Virus record (IMG/VR): IMGVR_UViG_3300009685_000011
Coordinates: 1-64,000 of that record
Length of the DNA: 64,000 nucleotides
Strand: one strand, 5' to 3'
Origin: a virus
Taxonomy: Duplodnaviria > Caudoviricetes
The position numbers were made by a program, and so were the translations under genes. This document shows, in pieces, positions 19,801 through 27,142 of the stretch (positions are counted from its first letter, which is position 1; each line of letters opens with the position of its first letter). A model generated the notes under the pieces. The model saw only the letters and a program-made list of their open reading frames with translations, was not told where the DNA came from and ran no database searches.

Positions 19801-21213
19801 AAACCTGCAAATCCTAACTCACACAGGATAGCAGCCTTAAAGTTTGCCAAAGAGAATATGATCTATGGAATCAACCAGAGATACGAAGTAGGTAAACCTG
19901 TGGAGAACGTAATGAGAACTATTCGTAAAATAAACACAATAGGTTCATTAGGTTTTAATATAGGCAACGTTCTCAAAAACAATCTTCAAGGTAGAATTCA
20001 GAATGTCATAGGTGGAACTTTTGGAGATTGGTCTTCTAATAAGTCTATGTATAAGGCTTCGATGAACCCAAAGACTAACTACGCCTGGTATGTATCTCAA
20101 GCAGAAAAACCTCTTGCACAAAGAGACAGAGACTATCATATTATTTCGTGGTTAAATCCTTCGATGGACACGAACATTTTTGATAATTTAATCCAAGGCT
20201 CTACTAAAAGAAATCTTGGAGACAAGAATATAATGATGTTCAACGAAGTCATGGAGTTTAGTATCAGTGTGAATCTAATGTATGCAAGACTTTATCACGT
20301 CAAAGTAGTTAATGAAAAAGGAGAACAGAAACTTCTCTACGATATTCTCGACACCTCAAGTGGTAAAATGACAGTACTTCCAGGGTGGAAAGATAAAAAA
20401 ACTGGAAGAGCAATTGACATGGACTACATGATGGAAACAAAACTGGCATATAGAACAGTTGCGGAATATGTTCAGGGTAGAGTATCTCAAAAAACCCTAC
20501 TTAGTTCTACCACAATAGGTCAATCGGTGCTTTACTTTAAGAACTGGCTTATTCCTATGCTTAGAAGAAGATTTGATTCCAAGAGAGCCAACTATATGTT
20601 GGGAGAAGATCTTGAGGGTTATTGGAGAGTATTTGGTAGAATGTCTTTACTTATGTTGAGAGACCTTCTTAAAACAGCCAAAGTAAACTGGCATACCTAT
20701 ACACCTCAAGAACAAAGAGATTATGCTATTGCTTTAAAAGAAATAGCATTTATGATTACTTCTCTTATCGTCTTGTCGTTGGTGTTTGGATTTGAAGCAG
20801 ATGACCCCGATAAGTTTAAGAAACTTAAAAAGAATTCTTTTGCTGAAAACTATGCTCTTCTGATGATGATTCAGGCTAAGAATGAAACAGAAGCACTGTC
20901 TCCATTTCCTTTTGCTAATGTGGAAAAATCTTTGGTTCCTCCAGTACTTACTGAAGGTGTCAAGTGGTTTAAGAATCCTACAATAGGTCTTTCTATCATA
21001 GACAACACTTGGAAAACAACTAATGCTGCTTTTGATTTACTTTTTGGTAGAGAAAGTGCATATTACGATAGAAACATGCCACAATTTGATATAGAGAAAG
21101 GTGATACTAAATTGTGGAGACAGTTTGCTAAAATTACACAGTTTGATGACATTCTTCTAAACGACGACCCTGAACAAAAAATTAGAAGTGTAATCAATAA
21201 CATGAAACGATAA
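13801..21213 (+). CDS. Giant virion (ejected) protein, partner of the crAss-like virion RNAP
   Basis: 2470 aa from ATG at 13801 (ORF caller's 13759 start overlaps the previous gene). Mostly helical and charged; ELQSD motif at 14611-14625; degenerate zincin-like EEVSH at 15817-15831; hydrophobic segment near the C-terminus. Confidence 0.75.
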   Translation: MNCKLPHISALDNSRQFLIDLEAIDDSNKILDDIAFDSIVKELEQDNIKAYQVSGKPWLRDVTKGGEIAIPNIEVLNKIDQKRKDLGLYEDQLSADLSEDSDIIPPNEQVGYQFRVVNALQSDKVRQPKLDNLQGFYNDLQKQGIPSQQIDLVKDILSDVKGSVTKDDIIKELLLKYSYGVEIETSKYKYPYNASDPDYDSQGNIIHNGDPTSYYSDLTVGPIKNYKENNIIVPGITPSIRAHGQFSTDNTIGWTRTWEYDSIPNTLIIGELQSDLFQKSRDKGNLISADSEDSNFGILELENGQFAVGYSDNTIINKFDTREEAIEEATRLVNIKKDNNQNKFLQLLNKDNQWVTFFTRSIIQDSAKRGYEKVLFPTGNTAAKIEGHTTIEEEERTIKEDIEKIKKGDIETLRNKTISETTSPKVENQHDYQGTTKEGENFVNLDRTKGYSAPRHLHRFTLEDLDNPNFEERYIYFEPTRDIVHEYSYAIRENGKYYKSVGFMEREEITKEEFIELYKVEKEKLDKLINSKLLKNQIEYLENKLKYLNTHGFGALQPIFKFYEETVGNILKKNYKDKVNRITDEYGNQWWELNIDRSRDLTDIMFQFESSQLPIEVTPELKSTLEQFAKKLNPDFKIEVLDDLLKTKGLNGIANLKNFSIQLQRGKESALAEEVSHFLIELMEDSNPLKQTMRDEITRTRLYKMVRNSPDYKQAYGNNVDLLKREAMAKLVSLYLTDKELFKYYSGSDSLVENLVRWIKDFFRWVKGKSSSIGSFIKAAEKIVNLDTEGLTRDRNLLVEQMYSFGEFAQESTVLTTVGNLNTRLYNKVYINISDTVLDSSNYFSGSESEKKSVLMGENPETLKEFFANADFTHLGRELVDKVSTQGITNVEFYTSLPYDEVLVERFDYAFPGAEIHFLNKRQLLEDEDGNLIEVITNTTEDFLNKSKESGEKAVFIDNKPPTRELNIEYRNYRNSRAKVYESFLDRIRRKDSSEQDKLKLDTLIQELKQANKEPLVEKIKQAFNIVKREVRGIQSLERRLESQGLEEDESMSLFRDEGDILLPENKARQGLDLLDKVERYEELLLTYVGTIESVTEFFKRRNASNYEAIKDRLLSGTQENLDIAIQELSFVTKMGNKWKDYVNKLREVIRDTPNTRLLYDLLGDLVTQIDTSKDKSRSLAVQVIGNKLAPALEVYNSNRQADAKEMSERLEEETDEDNKKRMQKSIEFLERQTTAEDIIDILNGEVKDITPLTVWIEPLANTSDPLIASLEKLLIKSQLEVEVGEIAQAQELGELVTKEEKIVSTKEWQDKILYLDKVYVWEGSGEERKRVTKDAWTFLHPFKNEWKKEEKEIEMLQFKDKWVKALQDNSVSEERREELKKEYFKKREELENFLNLNWHREYLPEYYSKYNELTPDENSKELLDEVKMLQQSLFSQIENLALEARTQEGKILRDTNHKIEVLKTELKLLKNEFYPDGTPKTGKELEIAKLLQKKSEIDRRFYDYDYDYARFRGDFHIFMETLNLPEDVKETLRLKLKDNNFTEVYRYARKKNLFSITNWLDDNAVTRYHPDWYEQRKNISEQISSISEQIIDITGAPYKVRLNEIWQELFGLTSYLRDEDGIFDGIMASTTVQSKVQELDTEIERIRELTREHNKDIKTPILKELREQLSDLIKELDDIQSKKVTDSYKDHFNELIRESGFADIHNKDTKTIWIEGINILEFINYESFQKTLKENPEHPFSVWFNNNHFRKTYFENGDAYKAWTPTYIWFKIEPSDKKYVLLSPSFKYSKRIVKKEWETKKTELTYNSALDEWNPKSEEFFNPDYNKLYLSSDPKDKASLRILKALTDYHLTTQASTSVREGQIGYTLPYIKKQMYEPGYLKSLKRDFFDTSNRFEEGAGNFDDQVKKTNWLQKNKTKILNFWNNQEQEEDTQEESQKIMRVAVPFTHYLEPENTSKDALMSVIRYSASTRKADKMMKSLPLINLIEDSILNSPRMKKGKPANPNSHRIAALKFAKENMIYGINQRYEVGKPVENVMRTIRKINTIGSLGFNIGNVLKNNLQGRIQNVIGGTFGDWSSNKSMYKASMNPKTNYAWYVSQAEKPLAQRDRDYHIISWLNPSMDTNIFDNLIQGSTKRNLGDKNIMMFNEVMEFSISVNLMYARLYHVKVVNEKGEQKLLYDILDTSSGKMTVLPGWKDKKTGRAIDMDYMMETKLAYRTVAEYVQGRVSQKTLLSSTTIGQSVLYFKNWLIPMLRRRFDSKRANYMLGEDLEGYWRVFGRMSLLMLRDLLKTAKVNWHTYTPQEQRDYAIALKEIAFMITSLIVLSLVFGFEADDPDKFKKLKKNSFAENYALLMMIQAKNETEALSPFPFANVEKSLVPPVLTEGVKWFKNPTIGLSIIDNTWKTTNAAFDLLFGRESAYYDRNMPQFDIEKGDTKLWRQFAKITQFDDILLNDDPEQKIRSVINNMKR

Positions 21214-21280
21214 TTAAGACATCATCAAAGTGATGACATAATTTGATTCCGTTTACCTATAAAAAGTATTATTTTTAGAT

Positions 21281-21502
21281 ATGAATACAAATTTGATAAT
21301 TAACCTTGAAGAAACAATTAATAATCTTCAACGTCAGGTTGATGAATTAAAACAAGTAGCAAGAACCACTATTATTCCTTCGTATACTGAAACAGAAAGA
21401 GATGCGCTAACCCCTAAAAAAGGTTTAGTAATTTGGAATGAAACTTCTTCTTCTCTTCAGATATACGATCCTGTTAATGAAACTTGGACAGACGCTAACT
21501 AA
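21281..21502 (+). CDS. Hypothetical protein with fibre-type module
   Basis: TERDAL...GLVIWNET...LQIYD resembles the module near the N-terminus of 11616-12359. Confidence 0.5.
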   Translation: MNTNLIINLEETINNLQRQVDELKQVARTTIIPSYTETERDALTPKKGLVIWNETSSSLQIYDPVNETWTDAN

Positions 21503-21537
21503 TTTATAAACTTTAAAACAAAAAAAAACTAACAAAG

Positions 21538-21861
21538 ATGGCAAACAGACCAGAATGGGTATTTAATTTAGGTACCTACGCAAAGAAAAAAGGTGGCAAA
21601 CAACCTGGACTTGATCTTAAAAGAGCAACTTTTGATTTGCTTCAGAATCAGTCAATGGTAGCAACTACAGATTGTTGCACTTATTATCCAACATTTCCAG
21701 TATTGGTTGTAGCCGATGCTACTGCTCCCACAGAAACAGAGATGGCAGGTGTTCCTATTGGGGGGATATTTATTGCTAAAGAAAGCCTGACTGCTACAGA
21801 TTGGTACATTTGGATGAAAGACGCTGCTGATAGTGCATTTGACTTTGGTAACAACGCTTAA
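21538..21861 (+). CDS. Hypothetical (probable structural) protein
   Basis: 107-aa ORF after an A-rich translation initiation region in the late block. Confidence 0.5.
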   Translation: MANRPEWVFNLGTYAKKKGGKQPGLDLKRATFDLLQNQSMVATTDCCTYYPTFPVLVVADATAPTETEMAGVPIGGIFIAKESLTATDWYIWMKDAADSAFDFGNNA

Positions 21862-21906
21862 TCTAATTGACAATCCCCCACGTTAAATAGAAGTCAAGCA
21901 CTACAA

Positions 21907-22134
21907 ATGGAAAACAGAACTCTTGTGGAACTATCTCTCGTTGCTACTCCTGTAATGTTGGGCATTATTGCTTTTTTCTTAAGATCTCTATACACAAGGT
22001 TTGGAGACTTGGAGCAAGAAGTAAAAAAATCCTTAATTGATAGCGCGACCTATCAACAGAAAGTCATTCAACTTGAAAAAGAAGTTGAAGAGATCAAAAG
22101 GATTGTTTACGAATTCATTAAAAAACACATTTAA
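21907..22134 (+). CDS. Membrane-anchored coiled-coil protein (lysis-associated candidate)
   Basis: One TM segment (LSLVATPVMLGIIAFFL) followed by a heptad coiled coil; adjacent to the holin-like gene. Confidence 0.5.
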   Translation: MENRTLVELSLVATPVMLGIIAFFLRSLYTRFGDLEQEVKKSLIDSATYQQKVIQLEKEVEEIKRIVYEFIKKHI

Positions 22135-22159
22135 AATTTAAAATTTAAAAATTACAACC

Positions 22160-22465
22160 ATGTCTAAATTCGAAGGCGCATATAATTTTATTGCTAAATG
22201 GATTGCGATTCAACTTGATAAACTCAAGATTGCTAATCCGGTAGTATTTGTAGTTCTCCAATCTTTGTTGGGTACTCTTCTTGGATTGTTTCTTACCGAT
22301 ACTATTAATCTTCCCAACATCCAATTTCTTGTAAATCTTACTGAAGATTTGGCTACGGATACTATTGTTGTTGGTATTCTTGGTGCTCTTATGGCAATCA
22401 TTTCACCACGCACCACCGCTCTTAAAAATGGGACTCTACAAGAAATACCGAAAGAAACCAAATAA
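22160..22465 (+). CDS. Holin-like protein
   Basis: 101 aa, two hydrophobic segments, charged C-terminus, at the end of the late block. Confidence 0.55.
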   Translation: MSKFEGAYNFIAKWIAIQLDKLKIANPVVFVVLQSLLGTLLGLFLTDTINLPNIQFLVNLTEDLATDTIVVGILGALMAIISPRTTALKNGTLQEIPKETK

Positions 22466-22496
22466 ACCCAACGGTGTAGATACGACTATATCCAAT

Positions 22497-22625
22497 ATGA
22501 TGGGTTATTCTGGATCAGGTTCTACCAATATGTCTTCTAAAGACTATGGTAAAATAAAATCTAAGGGAGGTCTTACTAAGGCCAACCAAGTTGTTAACAA
22601 GTATCCTAAAAACAAAAAGAAATGA
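22497..22625 (+). CDS. Small basic peptide 1 (42 aa)
   Basis: MMGYSGSGSTNMSSKDYGKIKSKGGLTKANQVVNKYPKNKKK; start reassigned from 22365, which overlaps the holin-like gene. Confidence 0.55.
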   Translation: MMGYSGSGSTNMSSKDYGKIKSKGGLTKANQVVNKYPKNKKK

Positions 22626-22750
22626 AAAAAGGAATCACTAAGGTAAAAAGTGTAATGAACACTGATAAACAAAAAACTAAGGGAGGTTATACTAAAGTAA
22701 ATGCTGTTATGAATACTCCCAAGTATACCAAAAAAGGTAAGGCTTGCTAA
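22622..22750 (+). CDS. Small basic peptide 2 (42 aa), below the ORF-track cutoff
   Basis: Hand translation MKKGITKVKSVMNTDKQKTKGGYTKVNAVMNTPKYTKKGKAC; ATGA overlap with the previous stop; ends just before the terminator. Confidence 0.6.
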   Translation: MKKGITKVKSVMNTDKQKTKGGYTKVNAVMNTPKYTKKGKAC

Positions 22751-22785
22751 TTAATTTTTAATTTCTGAACAAAATAAAATTAAGG

Positions 22786-22817
22786 AAGGCTCCTATCTAC
22801 TCTAAGATAGGAGCCTT
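22786..22817. terminator. Bidirectional intrinsic terminator between the convergent late and early/middle blocks
   Basis: Perfect 13-bp stem AAGGCTCCTATCT/AGATAGGAGCCTT with 6-nt loop, T-rich tails on both strands, at the strand-switch point. Confidence 0.85.
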
Positions 22818-22829
22818 TTCTGTTATCTA

Positions 22830-23663
22830 TTATCTATATTCGTTTAAGTTGTAACAAACAAGTCCGTCTTCAGGAGCATCTAATATGTCAAAAACAATAG
22901 ACTGATCTGTTGTAATCGGAACACATTTTTTGTCTATATCAGAAGTTCTAATGAACCCTCGCTGATAACCATTTCGATACAAGATACTTAGTTGATCTCC
23001 TTCAAACTTATTGGCGAATTCTCGAACAGTCATTTTAATTGTTTCTTTTTTTAATAGAATGGCTTCTTCCATAGAGATGTTGTTGTAATCTCTCTCTTTT
23101 TCAAGAACTTCAACAGGAGTTTCTTGCATTATTTTTTCAACCAACTTTTTCATATATAGTTTTTGTCTCTGTTACCTCTACTGGTTGAACCTGTGTCCAC
23201 ACAAGAGGTTCGTTATTTTCCCATGTATAACCCTCTCCTCCTTCGAAGATAATAGGTGTTTGCCAATAGGTATCAGTAGGAACATGACGAATAATAAAAA
23301 GTTCGTGTGCAAACGCTCTTAGTAGTTCGTATCCATCTTCTATACAATCTACGTATTCCCACTCATTACTGGCTGCTACTCCTTCTTCTTCGTCAAGCCA
23401 GTATAAAATATTATCAAAAGTAATTTGATTAAGTTCTTTCATATTTAAATCTCTATTTCTTTTACAGTTTTAATAGGTACATGATATCTTTTCTTTAATT
23501 CGTCTATTAACTCTTTTTCAGTACCCCTTCTTAATAATACACTTTTATTTCCATTAATACCACAATGAATTTCATAGTAAAATAAATCCCAAAACAAAAA
23601 TCTACTTGAGGCGTAGTACCAGACTTCATCATAGGTTTCAATTCTATGAATTTTAATTTTCAT
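22830..23663 (-). CDS. Cluster of three small hypothetical proteins (22830-23153, 23137-23442, 23445-23663)
   Basis: Abutting or overlapping ORFs with phage-like composition; no motif recognised. Confidence 0.6.
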
Positions 23664-24484
23664 AGTTTATAAAATTTTACAAATTGTTTTACTTGCTCGT
23701 TTAAGTACTCCAGATTTTTGCTGTTGTCAAAAACCCAATCCCATTGTTTGTAACTATCAAGTTCTGTTTCACTTGGGTGATTTCCTGATTGTTTATCTGT
23801 CTCAGGTCTTGTCACTTTAACTACTATACCACCTCTGTCTTTAACAGCCTTAAGTTCATTTCTAAACCTAAGATCAGAAATTATCCATTTAGGAAGTTCA
23901 GGAGGGTGTTGCAATTCATCGTTTTCAGAAACTTCATAAATACCTTTGTTTTTATACCAATAATTATTTTCATAAGAAGACTTGTACTGAGAAAACAAAG
24001 ACTTAACCCACACATCAGGATGTATTTTTGCTCTAAACAAATCAGTACCGATATACTGTAAAAAATAACGAACAGTAGGTATAAATTCTGTAGTGTTTAC
24101 ATTATAAATACCTACTTCTTCGTACAAATAATTACTATAATCATTTGCTTCTTCCTTTGAAGCAAACAAAGCCTCTCCTTCTTCTTTAAATCCTGACCAG
24201 TCTAATTTCCACACTTTCCAATCTGATAATTCTTGTGATTTAACTTCTTCTTTTTCAAGGTCTTTTAAAGAAATACCTGTTATAAGACTTACAATCTCTT
24301 TAATAGGAGTTGCAAATTTTTTGTTTTTCCAATCTCCAAGATTGTCAAAATCACCATTCCATTCTACAAGCGAAGTAACTATAGAATCTTTAAACCAACT
24401 ATCGTCTTTGCAAGTATGATATTGAATCAATTTAGTCAGAGTGTCCTTCCCTGCTGATTTTTTACCATGAATAGCAACTATCAT
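23660..24484 (-). CDS. Deoxynucleoside monophosphate kinase
   Basis: P-loop GKKSAGKDT, FATPIKE, RYFLQYIGTDLFR, IISDLRFRNE, HPSETELD (T4 gp1-like dNMP kinase pattern). Confidence 0.85.
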   Translation of the reverse strand: MIVAIHGKKSAGKDTLTKLIQYHTCKDDSWFKDSIVTSLVEWNGDFDNLGDWKNKKFATPIKEIVSLITGISLKDLEKEEVKSQELSDWKVWKLDWSGFKEEGEALFASKEEANDYSNYLYEEVGIYNVNTTEFIPTVRYFLQYIGTDLFRAKIHPDVWVKSLFSQYKSSYENNYWYKNKGIYEVSENDELQHPPELPKWIISDLRFRNELKAVKDRGGIVVKVTRPETDKQSGNHPSETELDSYKQWDWVFDNSKNLEYLNEQVKQFVKFYKL

Positions 24485-25136
24485 TTTTCAATTAAATTTA
24501 TTCTTCCTTCTAACCAACCAATATAAAAACTTCTCCAATGAAGTTCTTTGATTTGCTGAAGTTGATAAGTTAGTGTTTCTTTTAAAGTAGGAGGTACAGG
24601 CCTGTTACTTTCGAAACTTTCAATAACACTGTCTTCCCAAAGGTATATAATATTTTCTATACTATCTTCAAAAGAAGAGTCCTCTTGTAATTCATCAAAT
24701 CGTTTTCTTGCATCACCTATTAAATCAGTACTGTTCATTACAATTCTTTTAGAATTTTATCAAATTCCATTTGATTTCGAGTTTCTTCAGAAATCATCTT
24801 CTCAAGTTTGGACTTCATTACTTGAAGTTCTTGAATTTGATTTCGAGCACTAAATGCTTCAGTCAGGGTTTCAACATCTTTAAGCCATTCGTTTAAAAGA
24901 AACCCACTGATAACAAAGTTGCTCACAGGACTAAAATTTTTAATTGCTTGTAAAAACGCTTGTAGAAAATTCAATTCAGAAATTTGACAAGTATGAAGAT
25001 TATACCTCTTGCCAAAGATTTCTAAATTAGCGTTTGTAATTAGTTCTACTTTCTTTTTAGTAGAAAGGTTTTTAATCTTGTCTTCAATAAGACCAAGAGT
25101 TTCAGTTACTTTACTATCCGTTAATTTGTTTACCAT
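24481..25136 (-). CDS. Two hypothetical proteins (24481-24738, 24738-25136)
   Basis: Coupled ORFs, no recognised motif. Confidence 0.6.
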
Positions 25137-26166
25137 TTTCTAAAATTAAAGTTCCTTGATATATTTTATGTGGTTTGGCATAGTCCAATCGTGCCCATCG
25201 TCCTCCATTATTTTCTACTGCTTCTTCAAAAGTATTGTAATAATATTCAGAAGACTGTGTGTAATATGAATTTTTTAAAAAATCTGGATGAAGACCTAAA
25301 CTTGTGTCTCTAAAAAACAAACCGTCTTGTTCGACAATAATAAGATACAAACTATGGTAATGTTTATCTTTTAGATATTTTTCCATCAAATCTTCTACAG
25401 TAACAGCCGTTTTATCCCAAACTACTTCTTTTACTTTACAGAACCTTGTGTCTTCTTCCAGTTTATCATATAGATAAACAAAGTTTTTATCCTCTTCTAA
25501 CTTAGATTTAATAGAAGATAAAGAAGAAACAAAATAAAAGTCACCGCCTTGCCTAAACCAGTATTTTTTACCCAAGAGTTTCTGCTCTTGTTTTTCCTTT
25601 GAGTAAGAAAGAAATCTTTCATAAGTGTCAAACTTACCCATGTAAGTCACTTCTTCATTTTTAGCAGTCAAGTATTTCCATCCGGGAGTCATGTCTTTTA
25701 CTCCTACTTTACCTTCTTGTAATTTAGTAAAAGCAACCATTTGAGTATATTCAGGAGCATTTTCTGGAACAAGAACAAGTTCTGTGCCACTCCATCCATA
25801 TACAAATTTTCCTTCAAGTCCTTTACCTTTGATTGAATTAGTGTTCTCCAAGATGTAAAGAAGATTAGGAATACTTATTTCAAACTCAAAGCCTCGTGGA
25901 TCATATATCCTGCAATACGTATTACGAGGATTCCAACTATAATTCTTTCCACCTACTTTTTTGTTTAACACAAATCCTTCAACAGGAGTGTTATCAAAAT
26001 CATCTGCGTCTATTGTATTATCTCGCCAACTATTCCAGGATGCCTCTTTTCTAAGAACTTTTTTGTTATCCCAATAGATAACATAGGCTAATTTATTTGT
26101 GTAGGTATCTGTTCGTTTCTGATAACCTACTTTAATTTTTTCTGGTATAAATATGTTAGTGTTCAT
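25114..26166 (-). CDS. Conserved-looking phage hypothetical protein
   Basis: 350 aa; KVGYQKR.DTYT.KLAYVIY...GFVLNKKVGG...DPRGFEFEI pattern recalled from other phage hypotheticals; function unknown. Confidence 0.6.
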   Translation of the reverse strand: MNTNIFIPEKIKVGYQKRTDTYTNKLAYVIYWDNKKVLRKEASWNSWRDNTIDADDFDNTPVEGFVLNKKVGGKNYSWNPRNTYCRIYDPRGFEFEISIPNLLYILENTNSIKGKGLEGKFVYGWSGTELVLVPENAPEYTQMVAFTKLQEGKVGVKDMTPGWKYLTAKNEEVTYMGKFDTYERFLSYSKEKQEQKLLGKKYWFRQGGDFYFVSSLSSIKSKLEEDKNFVYLYDKLEEDTRFCKVKEVVWDKTAVTVEDLMEKYLKDKHYHSLYLIIVEQDGLFFRDTSLGLHPDFLKNSYYTQSSEYYYNTFEEAVENNGGRWARLDYAKPHKIYQGTLILENGKQING

Positions 26167-26167
26167 G

Positions 26168-27142
26168 TTACTTTTTTTCTACAATATATCTAAGTGAGAT
26201 AAATCCTCGGTAGTTATCACACCAGCCGTATTCACACTCACCAGGTCTGTTTCTATAAAAAGCAGCGTATTCACCCTCATCCATAACTCTACAAACGTGT
26301 TCAAGAGGAGACCAATGTTTCATTTTTACAAGTTTATCAAACAAGTCTATGTCTTTCAGGTAGTCATTTGACTCATTAAGATAACTAATGCGAGCAATTC
26401 TTGCACACGCTACCTTCCTACAGATAGTATCATAGTCAAGTTCAAATTCTTTTTTAACATTCTCTGGATCAAGAAAATCTCGTAAAGAAGAATAATCTGG
26501 TTCCAAAGGAATATGCCACTCTCCCTCTTCAAGAGTTAATGGACTGCTTTCATGGTAAGCAGTATACATCATTTCCGCTAACTCCTGAATTTCAGGTTGA
26601 GCAGTTGATTCATTAATCAAATTAAAATCCCCATCAAACTCTGGATACCAAGCAAGTAAGTCTTTCTTAGAGAAGAAGTTCTGTCCTTTGTATCTGTATT
26701 TAGGACACCTCAAATTAAAAAAGTTCCACCATTCAGTACCAGTCATAATCATTTCTTGATACTCAAAAGGCTGAAGTAATCTACTTGCGTGTTGTTTGTG
26801 TACATTATATCTACCAAGTGTTTCTACTGTTTCAACTACTTTATCAAAGCATTCTTTCCATACACGGTCTGCAAGGTTATCATACAAAGGTTGTAAGACT
26901 TCTTTTGCACTCATTCCTTTTTGATCCTTAGTAAAAGGACTTGGTACATAAAGTTCTTCAATGGTATCCTGAAGGTGTTTTTCAAGATTACGTGCTCTGG
27001 AACTTGCAGCACTATATGAAAACATACGGTGCCTAAGTATCTCCGCTTCAATGATTCGAGGAAACTTAATCCTATAAGTTATAATTCTGTCTCCTGTTTT
27101 AGTACGAGAGTCTGCTAAAATTGTTGCGGTAGTAAAGCCCAT
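26168..27142 (-). CDS. thyX: Flavin-dependent thymidylate synthase
   Basis: RHRMFSYSAASSR matches the ThyX RHRxxSxxxxSxR motif; HKQHASRLLQPF and HWSPLEH also fit. Confidence 0.85.
   Translation of the reverse strand: MGFTTATILADSRTKTGDRIITYRIKFPRIIEAEILRHRMFSYSAASSRARNLEKHLQDTIEELYVPSPFTKDQKGMSAKEVLQPLYDNLADRVWKECFDKVVETVETLGRYNVHKQHASRLLQPFEYQEMIMTGTEWWNFFNLRCPKYRYKGQNFFSKKDLLAWYPEFDGDFNLINESTAQPEIQELAEMMYTAYHESSPLTLEEGEWHIPLEPDYSSLRDFLDPENVKKEFELDYDTICRKVACARIARISYLNESNDYLKDIDLFDKLVKMKHWSPLEHVCRVMDEGEYAAFYRNRPGECEYGWCDNYRGFISLRYIVEKK

Noticed and set aside
9-20139. Antisense ORFs inside the giant genes (e.g. 9-416, 972-1259, 1956-2303, 18367-18714) and + strand ORFs within the - strand block
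   Set aside because: Shadow frames fully overlapping well-supported genes, with F/L/I/S-rich composition typical of reverse-complemented AT-rich coding DNA.
21868-21873. TTGACA as a sigma70 -35 box
   Set aside because: No correctly spaced -10, and the inferred host phylum uses a different consensus.
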